Below, piece by piece: positions 51,123 to 63,110 of a stretch of 64,000 nt of DNA. The stretch is taken from positions 943,015 through 1,007,014 of the forward strand of contig MU054049.1 in assembly GCA_013239625.1 (NCBI GenBank), in the 5' to 3' direction. This DNA comes from Lama guanicoe (Eukaryota). Under the pieces are notes generated by a model, which was not told the origin of the DNA, did no database searches, and worked only from the letters and a program-made list of their open reading frames with translations. Within the stretch, counting starts at the first letter, position 1, and each line of letters begins with the position of its first letter. The position numbers were made by a program, and so were the translations under genes.

Positions 51123-51218
51123 TTGTATATCAGGGGTGTGGAGCTGGGCAGAATTGTGTATCAGGGGTGTGGAGCTGGGCAGAATTGTGTGTCAGGGCTG
51201 TGGAGCTGGGCAGAATTG
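51123..51218. repeat. 31-bp minisatellite, about 3.1 copies (TTGTGTATCAGGGGTGTGGAGCTGGGCAGAA)
   Basis: Units start at 51123, 51154 and 51185. Confidence 0.95.
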
Positions 51219-51898
51219 AACACACCACTCCTGAAAAGACCGTTCAAGCAGGAGCCACTCACCCAGATTCACTCTCCTCCACCTTTATTTTCTTCCCGAC
51301 TTTTCCACTTTCTTTCCGTACCTGCTATTTTCTAGGAGACGGACACTCACCCTGGGGGCTGTTTTCTTGGTGGGGGGTAGGATTTACTGGAAAGTGGATG
51401 TGCGATTATCCTAAGGAGGGGCTGTGGAGGCTTGAATTCTGTCTCTCTCCCCTCTGACTCCGGCGGCTCGTTCATCCACTTTGCGGTTTGGGGCGGGCAG
51501 GAAGAGCGCACGCCCAGACAGGCTCGCCGAGGGCGCGCTCCCGGCTGTTGGGAAGTGCTCCGTGGTCACACTCCAGTCTGCTCTCTTTGTTCTGTGTTTT
51601 CTGAGACCCGGCATTAGTTTTCCCCGAGGCTTGGAATTTTAAAGTCAATAACCGGGGCTTATCTTTGAAGGCAGTTTCTGGGGGTGGAAGGGCACAGGGG
51701 CTCATCCCCGAGCGATGCTGGCACTGGGCAGACACTTCTTTGATGGGTGTCTGACTGCATTTTGATGAGCTAACAAGAGAGCGGTGGAGTCAGAGGGCCA
51801 CGGAGCAAGCCCAGTCTTTGAAACCTTTTTAGCAGAAACACAGCGAATTTGGTTCTTTCCAGTAAAAGCTTTTACTGCCTCTCTCCCGGGCTCACCAG

Positions 51899-52060
51899 GG
51901 ACGGACCCCGGAATGCTGAAGTTGCTCACCAGACACGGCTTATTCCCAAGCTCATCTTCCTCTTCAATGAGCCGGGCCTCACCCCCTCCAAGATGCCCAC
52001 CATCATTGCCATCCTAGGCCGTCAGCTGCGGGGCCACTTCAGCCTCCAGGACTTGCTCAG
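51899..52060 (+). CDS. WDFY4: WDFY4 exon 14/19 (DGPRNAEVAHQTRLIPKLIFLFNEP...GHFSLQDLL(R))
   Basis: Acceptor gggctcaccag, donor AG|gtactg. 162 nt, phase 2->2. Confidence 0.95.
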
Positions 52061-52644
52061 GTACTGCGCCAGCTCCCCGGGCAGGAAGGGCAGACCCTTC
52101 GGGCAGTTTAATGAAGGAATATAATCCCCAGCTCTCTCCTGACTACACTCAACACAGTAGCAGGTTCTTTTTCTTTGGAACATTCTAGGAGTTTCTCTGC
52201 TCAGGGCCAAGAGTTGAAGAAAGGGGTGGGTCCACTGGACTCCCCAGCAGGGCTGTGTGTCCACTGCTCCCTGGTGCTCGGACACACCTACTGTGCCAAG
52301 AATGCAACAAATTCCACGAGCATGGCCATCCTCACCAGCCAGTGACCCAGCATGCCCACCTCTTGCAGATTTCCCAAAGAACGATCCCTACTGGCATGAC
52401 GTGTCACCTTTTCTGTCTGCATCCCTGTGCTGTTGAGCTGGCAGAGCCAGAGTTAGCTGCTCTGATGAATCCTGACAGACTTTACAAGGCTCTGGAAATA
52501 CCACATTGATCACAGAATAACATGGTTCCCCTCAGACCCTCCCCTGAAGCCACCTTGGGGTGGGTCCGTGCAGGAAGCCTTCACGTGTGTTCAGCAGACA
52601 TGGCCTGGGCCCCGTCGAGCGCGTCCTTCTCTCTCTGCCTTCAG

Positions 52645-52736
52645 GATTGGGCTGTTTGTTGTGTACACCCTCAAGCCTTCATCAGTGAGCGAGAGGCCAA
52701 TCTGCGTGGACGGAGCCCCAGACCCCTCCGTGCCCG
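52645..52736 (+). CDS. WDFY4: WDFY4 exon 15/19 (IGLFVVYTLKPSSVSERPICVDGAPDPSVP)
   Basis: Acceptor ctctgccttcag, donor G|gtgagg. 92 nt, phase 2->1. Confidence 0.95.
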
Positions 52737-53360
52737 GTGAGGAGACCTTTCCCAGCTGCCAGTCTGAAGGCAGCAGGATGACCCCCACAACAGCCCTGAG
52801 AGGCACAGGCGCTGGGACCATTTTGCATGAAAGGAGGAGGGAGAGCTATATGATTAGGATTTCAAATAGAATCAAACCGTATGTTCTTCCCTCACAACCT
52901 GGAATGGCTCCCAAGGCCTCCAGGATGACACCCGGTTCCTTGTAGACCAGCAGGTGGGAGCCTTCATGCCCCAGCCCCCACCTGCGTTCCCAGGTGGCTT
53001 TCCCCTGCCCTGCTCCCCTGATGAGCCCCAATTTCAACACTCTGAAGCACTTCCACGTCCTAACGTATGATGGTCTGCCATCTGTCCGTGCTGTTCCCTG
53101 AGCAGGCCCCACCCCACCCCCCTCCCTCACCACACTCACTAGCCAGTCCCAGCCCCACAAGCCAAGTTAAGAGTCCTCTTCTGTGCTTCTAGAGTCCCTG
53201 GGCTTACCTTCATGCAGGTCTGTGATTTGTTCCTTTGAGTCTCTCTCTCTCCTCAACCAGACGCAGGACAGCAGCTACATCATGTTCTGCATTCCCTCTG
53301 CTAAGGCAGATGTGAAGGGGACGGTTAACTACTGATCGTGTTGTCCTGGGCCCTTCGGGT

Positions 53361-53580
53361 CTGCGCTGTCCAAGATGGGAGCCTCTAGCCACATACGGCC
53401 ATTTAAATTTAAATTTTAATTAATTGAAATTAACTACAATTAAAAATTAAATTCCTCAGACACACTGGCCGTGTCCCAAGTGCCTGATAACCACGTGAGG
53501 CCAGTGGTTACTGCCTTCACTGGACAGGGAAGATAGAGAACATTCTTATCACTAAAGATTCTCTTGGATCGTCTTACTCA
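53361..53580. mobile_element. MER3-like hAT-Charlie element
   Basis: ctgcgctgtccaagatgg...tagccacat...atttaaatttaaatt...ccacgtgaggccagtggttact...gatagagaacatt...gattctcttgga. Confidence 0.85.
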
Positions 53581-54456
53581 ATCTAGATAAAATATCTTTT
53601 ATCCTTAGATCAAGCCTGAAAAGTAGGAATTACTCTTCCCATTTTGCAGATCTGAAAACCGAGGCTTAGAGAGATTAGGAACTTAATGAGAGATAGGGCT
53701 GGAATCCAAATAGAGGGGAGTCTGACTCCACTTCTCCAAGCTCCCTCATCAGTCATATCTCTACAGCATGGTGGGCGTGCCCTGAATTGGTGATAAAATA
53801 ATTGGCCAACCAAGGGAATGAATGAGTGGATAATGGGCCAACAGTGCACTGTTTAGTCAGTCCTCCTTCTCATAGGGACTCCACTGTGAAACTTTTATCT
53901 AACTAAACATCTTCTATTAAGACAGTATTTACATGTCCTTCTGGGTTAGAATAAACTTCAGACGTAAAGTTTCTTCTTCCAGTGGATCTGCATACCTCTT
54001 GCTACAATTCACACTGCAGTGCAAACATAGACATGTCAGAGGCCTAGCCTAGAAACAAATTGAGAGCAGAAACCCAGATCACGCACCATAATCATCACCA
54101 CTCTGTCCCCAGTGCCTCCCATAATGCCCAGCACATTGTAGGTGCTCAGGGAATGTTGCAGCCTGTGATAATTTAAGAAATTCTTCCACTTGAAGAGAAA
54201 TTTGACCTTACCATTTTCAGGATTTTTTTTTTTTCGTGGGGAAAAGGGGAGCATCAAAAACATCTCCAGTTAAAGGGACTTTAGGAACATTGCCTGAAAT
54301 TCTTTTTAATCATTGCATGGAAATCTAGAATTGAACGCCAAAATTTCGAGTCCCAGCCATGCCCCAATTCCTGGGAGAACGAAGCATTTGGTAGATACGA
54401 TTGCCTACTGCAGCAAATATTATGTCTCTTTACATCCGTTTTCTCTCAAATCTGAA

Positions 54457-54499
54457 TTTTCTTTCTTTCTTTCTTTCTTTCTTTCTTTTTTTTTTTTTT
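54457..54499. repeat. (CTTT)6 + T14 microsatellite forming the polypyrimidine tract of exon 16/19
   Basis: Directly precedes gtag| at 54500-54503. Confidence 0.95.
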
Positions 54500-54503
54500 G
54501 TAG

Positions 54504-54603
54504 CTGGAAGCCAAACATCTGGAAAGACAATCTGGCTCAGAAACCAGTTGCTGGAGATGCTGCTCAGTGTAATCTCTTCTTCCCAACTTCATCTGTCCTC
54601 TGA
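54504..54603 (+). CDS. WDFY4: WDFY4 exon 16/19 (AGSQTSGKTIWLRNQLLEMLLSVISSSQLHLSS(E))
   Basis: Acceptor (T)14gtag, donor GA|gtgagt. 100 nt, phase 1->2. Confidence 0.95.
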
Positions 54604-55419
54604 GTGAGTAGCTCCAGAAAGAGTGATTTGGCATGAGGCTGCCTCATACAGGGTGCGGTATGAAAGACTTTTCTTAATGAAAAGTTTAGCATCTCTGAGT
54701 TGGTTTTCTACAGTGTGCTTTCTGCACTAGGCAGAAAGAAAATTATATTCTCTCCACCCAATAAAGCAGACCTTGCCCTAAGATATTCTGATGCAAATGT
54801 TAAACGGGCATGAGTAACTGGAAACAGATTTGGTATAATTACAATAAACTCTTTCCGTCACCATTGCTACAGTGTAATTGTTATTGTTTTGGCAGTTGTG
54901 ATAATTACTGATTTTGATGTCCTGTACTTGGCAGGCGATAGAATGGAGAAATTGTTAGCCCGAATAACATCTATCAAGGAAAAGACTTGCCAAACTCTTC
55001 TGCTATTTACTGTTAGTAACTTCCCCAAGTTGGAAAAAGGAGTTGTCTGCCTTCAATTAACTTTCAAAACAATGTGTAATCATAAAGTTCCATTAACTCT
55101 CTCAGACTGCCTGCCTGCTTTATCTCAGCTCTGGAGTCATGAATTCAACAACTCTTTGTTGAGTACCTACTGTGTGCCACACACTGTTCCTCTCTCAGAG
55201 CAAGTGGGTCCTTACTCTCACTGAGTTGACATTTCAGTGTGTACGTGTGTTTGGGGCAGGGAGGAATTGGGGTGGGGAGTTACCCCTCAGTAAAACAGCC
55301 TTGCAGATACTTTTACTTATAAAGTCTTTATATTTCTAGAATCAAGGCATCGTAGAACTGGAAGATGCCTTGGGGATGAGGAAGGAAGGCATCTTCCTTT
55401 TTGACTTTTTGAAAAGAAA

Positions 55420-55640
55420 TGTAGTATACTGTTTAGGCACCTGGGGTCTGACAACTAGACTTCCAGGGTTCAAATCCCAGCTCTGCCCGCAGGGATCTTG
55501 AGGGGGTTACCTAAGCCCCCATGCCTCTCTTCTACTCATCTATATGAGGATAAAAATGGTATCTGCCATAGATGGAAATTAACATGTGGATAGCCATGAG
55601 CATGGTGCCTGGGGCACTCTCAATATTCCATAAGCTAACT
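55420..55640 (+). mobile_element. MIR
   Basis: gggttcaaatcccagctctgcc...ctcatctatatgaggataaaaatgg...gcatggtgcctggggcactctcaat. Confidence 0.75.
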
Positions 55641-55649
55641 GCTGATTAT

Positions 55650-55715
55650 CACCATCACCACCACCGCTACCATCATCTTCATCACCGTCACCATCACCAC
55701 CACCATCATCATCAT
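55650..55715. repeat. (CAC/CAT)n imperfect trinucleotide repeat
   Basis: caccatcaccaccaccgctaccatcatcttcatcaccgtcaccatcaccaccaccatcatcatcat at the MIR tail. Confidence 0.9.
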
Positions 55716-56538
55716 AATGAAGGAAAATGGCCAGAGCGTATCAAGAACTCTGCCAAAGTCATCCAATTAATAAGCGGGGGCATGGCTAGAAAGGAGGGCA
55801 GTTTCTTGACTCCTAGTTCCAGTGGCCACACCCTCACTATGCTGAGTCTGGCAGCTGGTGCTGAGAACACTGCCCAACAAAGGTGAATCCTTCCCTGACT
55901 CTCAGGAGGCTGAGTCCTTTGCTGAACCATTGCCCCTGAGGATGGGCTGCACAGCTCCCTTCCCTCGTTTCCCTCCAGCAAGTCTGTATTCTTTAGACTC
56001 ATCATTTTAAAACTCATTTTTGAAAGTGACAGTTAAACATGTATTTTTTTTTGTCTAAACCAATAAAGATGCATACATACTGGACTGTTCCATTTAGATT
56101 AGTTTTGACCAATTATTTAAAAAGGGAGTTAAGTAATCGTTGTGTGTTTTATATGACTACATTGATGTAATTAGATGGGTGGTTAGTCATACGCTGTGTA
56201 AGTATGAATGTTAGTGAGTAGGGCTGTCAAAAGCCTGCATATTTTTACATCTATTGATACAGAGTTTCCAATTGCTTTGAAGAGTTTTGGCCCACTTACA
56301 CTCCAGCCATTAATAGACAAATTCCATGTATTTCACAGCCACCTTGCCAGCATTTTATTTTACCAGTCTTTTAAAATGGAGTGTGTACTTTGCTAAGGGA
56401 TATCTGGATGTTAACCTGAACTTGACTTTTCTAGGTGACTAGTGAGGCTGCACATTATTCCCGTGTTTCCGACGTGTCACTTGCTTGTGGACTGAGAGAT
56501 AATTGGTAGCATTTTATTGACCCCTCTCCCCCATGCAG

Positions 56539-56744
56539 GACAAAGGAAGAGATGTTTCTGAACCTGGGGCCCGACTGGTTCCTGCTGTTCGTGCAGGCCC
56601 ACCTGCACCCCAGCTCGGTGGTGCTGGGGCTGAAGCTGCTGCTGCACTTTTTGTCAAGCCCCTCCCTCCGCGCACGATTTAAAGACGGCCTGCCTGCCGG
56701 GTCCTGGGTGGAGCGCAGCTCCGAGGGCGTGGACATCATGATGG
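56539..56744 (+). CDS. WDFY4: WDFY4 exon 17/19 (TKEEMFLNLGPDWFLLFVQAHLH...VERSSEGVDIMM)
   Basis: Acceptor cccccatgcag, donor G|gtgagt. 206 nt, phase 2->1. LGPDWFLL motif (LGFDW-like in WDFY3). Confidence 0.96.
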
Positions 56745-56999
56745 GTGAGTGTGTGGCCATCTCTGGGAGGCGGGTACCACCTGTGGTCTGTAAGTGAGGC
56801 TGCTTGGGGCCTGCTCAGCCCCGTGCAGTAGGATCACCTTGACCCTGACCCCCGATCGGCCCCAGTCCCCTCTGACTTCCTTTTCAGGATCTCCCCGTGG
56901 CATCACTGCTCTTCAGATGCTGGGATTTCTTCCCATTCCTCAAAGTCTCCTTAGCTCTTTCCCTCCTCCTGGGGTGCCTCCTCAGCCCTTGACACCAGC

Positions 57000-57318
57000 A
57001 CATCTCTCCTGATGTGAGGTCTTCCTTAAGGCCCCTTCCTCCAGGAGAGGAGGGTCCCGTCTGGATTAGGACACCTCTGTTATACTCTCTTTTCTTTATA
57101 GTTCTTATCACAATTCACAAGCATAGATTTATTTGGGTATTTAATTCCTTCATGTCTGTCCCTCCTATTGCATTGTAAGTAGCTAATGAAGGCCCGGGGT
57201 TCTGTATATTTTGTCAAAACGCTATGTTCTTATTGTCTGATACAAAGAGGTCTGGTCACCTCTAAGGAGGTAGGCACTAAATTAGCGTCTGTTTTTGAAT
57301 GAATGAATGAATGAATAA
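57000..57318 (+). mobile_element. L2 3' end with (GAAT)n tail
   Basis: tgtctgtccctcctattgcattgtaag...gtaggcactaaatt...tgaatgaatgaatgaatgaat. Confidence 0.8.
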
Positions 57319-57494
57319 ATGGGCACATCAGGAGCAGGGAAAGGACCTCCTGTTGAGCACTTTCTTGTGCCCCTGTGTGTATGACGTGTATTTCCATCAG
57401 GCGCTTCTATGGGATGGGCGGGTGGCAGGGAGTCCTTGACTAGAAGCGACCGCAGTTGTTCTCAGTGGCTGTTGGGCACCTCCCGCATCAACAG

Positions 57495-57664
57495 AGAGCC
57501 TGCGGAGCCACCCTCCCGTGCCCGACCAGAGCCCCTGCCTGCTTCCTGGCTTCCGAGTCTTGAGCGACTCTCTGGCCCACCACGTTCATATCCCGGAAGT
57601 CTACCTCGTCGTGTCCACCTTCTTCCTACAGACGCCTCTTACGGAGCTGGTGGACGGGCCCAAA
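57495..57664 (+). CDS. WDFY4: WDFY4 exon 18/19 (ESLRSHPPVPDQSPCLLPGFRVL...FFLQTPLTELVDGPK)
   Basis: Acceptor ccgcatcaacag (weak pyrimidine tract), donor AAA|gtaagt. 170 nt, phase 1->0. Start chosen by phase and by alignment to recalled human DNLKSQSPLPEQSP. Confidence 0.92.
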
Positions 57665-59169
57665 GTAAGTTCTCGGGTCGCCCTGGGATGGGGCAACACT
57701 CTTGGTTTTCTGATTCCACGTGACCAAGGCGGTTCCCTAAGACTCCCCTCCCTCTTCCCCTCTCTGTCTTCCAACTCCAGTCCTGACCCGCTTCCTGCCC
57801 TGGCAGCCCCACCCCCCTGATTAGCTCTGCAGATACCCTTGGCTTCCTCAGCCTCAGCCTCCCATCGTCCCTCCCAGTGGGGCTCCGTTTTGATCGATCA
57901 GTCCCAGTTGTGAGTCTCTCTCTCCTTCTGGGCACAGCTGGAGAGATCACATGACTGTGGGGGCATTGTGGAGAGGCGAATGGCTGCCACCACTGAGGTA
58001 GGGCCTCAGCTTATGCCTCCGAAGAAACATGTCCCTTTGCCTCAGTCACGCCCCTGCTAGTCCCCTGCACTCCAGTGTGAGCCCTGAGTCTTCTGGCTCC
58101 CAGGCACCCTTTGCTCAGATGACTTACCTCATGATGGGAGTGGAGGCCCCCATGAACCCCCCCCACGACATGTACATGCCATGACCCTCTTGATCACCTT
58201 CTCTCCACTGTTGCTTGCAAAGGGCAGCTTTTCTGGGCTAGTCCGGCGTCCTTTGCCTCCTTTCCTCAGCGACCGCCCTCCTCTGTTATCCCTTCTTTTG
58301 TGTTTTCGGCATCTTCTTTTTTACTGACTCTTTCCTCAGAGACCATAGGCGTGGTAAATTATGTCCCACCTACAACCAGGAGCTGTCCCCTTGACTCACA
58401 CTCTTGACCAGCTGCTGTCCTGTTTGTCACACTTCTGTCCTTCCTTGGCCACATTTCTCCAAAGAGGAGTCTACACTCACAATACACACCTTCTCGCCAG
58501 CCTCTCACTAACTCACTGACTTGCACCAAATCCAAGGCTTCATTGGCTCCCGTTCCTGTGGATCAGGTTCAGACTCCCCGGCCAGCATCATGTCTGACTT
58601 GTCTCCCAGCCTAACTTCCTCTCTCGCTGGCCTTTTCGTTCTGTGGTCCTCCTGAGTCACCTCCCCAATAAGACCAGCAGCCTTGTGCCTGCCTGCCCTG
58701 CCAGCCCTTTCTCCCACCATCACCTGCCTGGGGAGGTGTCTTCCCTCCATTCTCAGCTCGGATGCCGCCTCCTGCTTAGACCTCTAAACAGCAAGAAGCA
58801 TTCCTTTTATGCCTTATGTGACACCAGCATGTTTGCATTTTACACTTGCCTCTCTCCTGAGATACTGAGCCCCTCAAGAACAGACCTCAACTCTTACTCA
58901 TCTTCCAGGGCACCTGACAAATAGACTCAGAAATTGCTTCCTGGTCTTGATTGAGCTGAGTTGAACTTCACTGAGTTGACATGGATGGAGGGTCATGGCT
59001 TTGCAAATAGAAGGCTAGAAAATTCACCTCTTGCACATCCTCATATTTGACCTAGTTCAATCGATATATGCCAATAGTATTACAGATCACACTTCAAAGT
59101 AAAGTTCTTAATATACTGTCCCAAATTCATAGAAACCCTGTATTTTTATTTTTCTAAGAACGTATTGCA

Positions 59170-59385
59170 GGAAACAAACATTTGCTGAATGTCAGGACCC
59201 ATGATAGATGTTTTTACATGTTTTATATCGTTTGATATTTTCAACAACCCCATGGGGTAGATAATATAATTTTCATTTCAGAGAAAGAAACTGAACTGCC
59301 AAGAGGCTGAAAAGGTTGCATAAGCGCAGCTTTTAAAGAGGCAAAGTCAGGTCACCCAGCTCATCAACCCTGTGCTCTGTCTGCT
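59170..59385 (-). mobile_element. MIR
   Basis: ttcaacaaccccatggggtagataatataattttcatttcagagaaagaaactga. Confidence 0.7.
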
Positions 59386-59744
59386 GTGCTCTGCACTTGC
59401 CCCAAAGCCTTGGAATTTGTTGTATGCTTTCTATCATCACACTCACAAGAATTCATTAAAGTTGATTGGGACATTGAGTATTTGTGATGTCAGACCAAAA
59501 AGAACTAAAAGAACTGAACTTGATGCCAGTTGCTGGTGAGCACCCTCTCTGAGGTGTCGCTTTCCCCAGTGCGCCATCAGGGGGCTGAAATTCCCCGAAC
59601 AGGCCAGCCGCCTGGGCTGCTGCCGTGTGGTTGGTTTTGCCTTTCCCACCGGGGCCCCCTGGGAAACATGATGTGCTGGCTGGAGGGCTGGTCCTCTTGG
59701 CACATAGCCACAGGTCTCTTTACAGCCCTGGCCCCCTCTTTCAG

Positions 59745-59870
59745 GACAGCCTGGACGCCATGCTGCAATGGCTCTTGCATAAGCACCACAAGGAAGAGGT
59801 CCTCCGGGCCGGGCTGTGCACGGAAGGTGCCCTGCTGCTCCTGGAGATGCTGAAAGCCACCATGAGCCAG
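59745..59870 (+). CDS. WDFY4: WDFY4 exon 19/19 (DSLDAMLQWLLHKHHKEEVLRAGLCTEGALLLLEMLKATMSQ)
   Basis: Acceptor ccctctttcag, donor CAG|gtgaga. 126 nt, phase 0->0. The next exon was not found before 64000. Confidence 0.96.
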
Positions 59871-60589
59871 GTGAGACCCACTCCCCACATGCTGAGAGGA
59901 GGCTCCGATGGGAAGACGGTCTCGGGAAGTCAACCTTGACCTTTCCCGGCAGCTTGCAGTAATGCTGATAATTAGGATGTGTTATTCAGAAGTCTTGATG
60001 GAAGAGGCAGGTTGGGTTCCTGGTAATAATTTAGGTGCACAATGGGAAACCCTGTCTATATGTGCCCAGTGGAGTTTATGTGCTTTTGCCAGAAACATCT
60101 ACTTCCCATTTGTTTAAATGCTTGACTTTCTTCACTGGGAGATTTAATGTCTTCAGTCAGAGGGAACATTTGGGAGCAAGCCCTTTAAGTCAGGAGCTTC
60201 AGGGGCCCTGTGAGGGGAAAGGGGGCCTCTCCCCTCAAGAAGTTCACCTCTGCCAGGACAGCGGGCCTCTCAAGTGGGTGACCCATGAGGTGGAGACCTG
60301 CCTTGGAGAAGACAGACGCCCACCAGCTACAGATGTGACATGGAGAGCCCTTGATTCAGGCCTTCCAGGCCCACCCTGAGGGTGGGTAGAGAGGTTTCAG
60401 ATGTGGAGGCAGATGCGAGGGAGTGAAGGGCATGTGGCCTGTGAACAGGAGTAACCATAAGCCAGGTTTAACTTGCATGAGAGGCTGAAGAATCCTGACT
60501 TCATTCTGCAGACTCGAAGGGCAGCTGGAGGTTTGGTATGTGTGGGGAAACCCTAATTGCATGATTACCTAACATTTAAACAAGAAAAA

Positions 60590-63110
60590 AAAAGTAGACA
60601 GTAAAAATCACCCAAAACACACCCATCCAGAGATCCACTGTGAACTGTAGTGACGTATCCTTCCAGACACCTAAGATTTTACCATATCCTTGGAGGATCA
60701 GACTGCAGATTCCTTCTGCCTTTTTTTAGAACTCAACATGTTGTTGGGATTCATTATTTGTAGATAGAAATTTGTGTTGTATCTCAGAATGTTCGTTATT
60801 ACAAAATATTCATTATGAGCTTTCTTGAGTAGACATCTCTATTCTCCAGTTTGATGTCCCCCTTCATATAAATTCATATAAATGCAAGAAGTACACTTTG
60901 GATCATCAGTCAAAGTGTACTTCTTGCATTTTCTTTCTCAGGAAGGTTGCATCAGACATTATACATACACGTTTCCCCTTCTCACATACATTTCACCATC
61001 TCGTAGAGATGTGCTTGGCCCAGGCTTCCCAGCCTCGATGACAAGGCCAAACTGATGGTGATTTCATAGTTGACTTCTTTTGCATTTATTATTACTGACG
61101 TCAATAGCATTTTCACATGTGTGTTAACCATCTCTATTTATTTTACTCTGAATTGCCTGTTTCATCTTTTGCCATCTTTGCCGTGCGTGTGTTGAGTAGG
61201 AAAAGAAAAAAAAAAAACAGATCAAGCTCTTTGCTCTTTTTAAAAACAGGAGTGCACTTAATTTTTATTAAACACTCTTTGAGCATATAATTAGATGGTC
61301 ATATGCTTTTTCCTTTTAACCAGTTCCCTATAATGAATTATATTAATAGATTTCCTTGCATTCTTGCAAAGATCTCACTTTGCCATTTTGTTATTGTTCT
61401 TTTAGCATACTTCCTTAGTCTCCATGTAAATGTTTTATTTCTGATTTTCACTCATATTTATAAGTGATATTAGCTTGTAGTGTTCTCTTTTTTTATATGC
61501 TTTCAGGCTTTGGTATCACTATTATGCTAGCTTTATTGAAAAAGGGCTTTTTTCTTTTTATTCAAGAAGATGCTAAATTCATTATTCTTGTATTATTTAA
61601 ATTGCTCCTATGAAAATTCCGGGGCCTGAATTTTTCCATTATTGCCCTGCTTAGGCTTTTAAATGTCTCCTTGACCTAGTTTAGGTAATTGGTATTTTTA
61701 GAACTTCTTTCTACTTGTTCAGTTTGCCCAAGTGGTCTGTTTTAATTCATTTAATTTTCTGTGTCATTATTTCCTTCTTATCCTTAATTTGTAAATGCGT
61801 GCTCTCTCTTTACCTCACCTGTCCTTACTTAAGGAGCTGAGGACTTGTGGATTTATTTAAAGAGCCAACTTTCGATATATTTTATTCTCCTGATTTTGGG
61901 GGGGAGCTGTTTTAAGATTTTGATATTTGACATCATCTTCATTTTTTGTTGTTTTCTAGGGTTTCTGTGATTGAAGTTTTAAAGACCTTTTTGACTCATA
62001 TTTTTCAGTGTCTCTGTGGTGGGACTTTTTAAATTTAAATTGCTGTTACCCCTTCTAGTTCAGTTTTTTCCTAGCAGAACATATGTTTATGCTTTCCTAC
62101 TTTGGGAAACTTATTCATGGTTCCATTGTAGCCCTAATGTGCAGTTAATTTGGGGATGCCTGAAAAAAATGCATATTTTCCGTTTGCAGTGTAAGGAGTT
62201 TTTTAACTTTCTAATCAATTAATGTTATTTAGAAAGAGCAAATCAAAGGAATAACACAAAAGCATTTAAAATAAAGAAAATATACAGTATGCACAGAGAA
62301 GTAAAAAAATTAGGCCAAACATTTTACATTTTAATAACAAACATAAAATGGGTAACTGGTGTGCTACAGATGTGACCCTTAAACTGGGTCAGAAAACAGG
62401 GCCCCACCTACTGGGGTCTAACAAACATGTAACAAAAGCAAAGTTACTGGAAGATTATTTTGGTTCATTGAAGCTATTTGCCATGAAAGCATCATTCACC
62501 AAGTATGATAGAAAAGCATCAAAATACAAAAGGCAAAAACCAGAAAGATAAGAGAGAAAGGTTGGGGATGTAATTGTAGTGAATAATGCTAATATATCTT
62601 TCTCAGTTTATTATATTTTATTTTTTGCTTGGAACCTTACTTTGTTTGCTGTTACTCCCCTGCCTTGTGGTAACCACAGATTCATTTGCCTGTTCTTGAA
62701 CTTGATATAAGTGAAATCAGACAGCATGTACTCCTTTGCGTTTGGTGTCTTTCACGCATCTTTAGGTTTGTGGGATTCACTTGGAAATTCATTCTTTTTT
62801 TATTGTTCAGTAGTATTTTATTGTGATGATGGATCACTGTTTATCCATCCTGGGTTATGAATAAAGCTGTTATACGTATCACTTGGTGGACATACATAAT
62901 CCTTTCTGTTGGAAATATACCCAGGAGTGAAATTGTGGGTCACCAGCTGTACACGTGACTTGTTTTAGCAGATATTGCAGAATAGTTCTCCAAAGTGAAG
63001 TGCCAGTTTACACTCACCAGCTCTTAGTCTGCGAAGGTTCTAGTTGTTCCCAGGCCTTGTCAGTATTTAGCATTATTGATCTTGTAGATGTTAGCCATTT
63101 TATTGCGTGC
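60590..63110. mobile_element. Mosaic of ancient L1 fragments (antisense about 60590-62230, sense about 62230-62610, antisense 3' end about 62610-63110)
   Basis: Strand-switching T-rich/A-rich blocks with L1 phrases (caggctttggtatcact..., atatacccaggagtgaaattgtggg). Confidence 0.65.
60880..60931. repeat. Perfect 21-bp inverted repeat with 10-nt spacer
   Basis: AAATGCAAGAAGTACACTTTG-gatcatcagt-CAAAGTGTACTTCTTGCATTT. Confidence 0.97.

Noticed and set aside
47712..51218. Tandem arrays as CRISPR-like repeats
   Set aside because: The units are head-to-tail with no unique spacers, and the context is eukaryotic.
55572..55886. ORF with a poly-histidine tract
   Set aside because: It translates a MIR tail plus a (CAC/CAT)n microsatellite, and has no splice or homology support.
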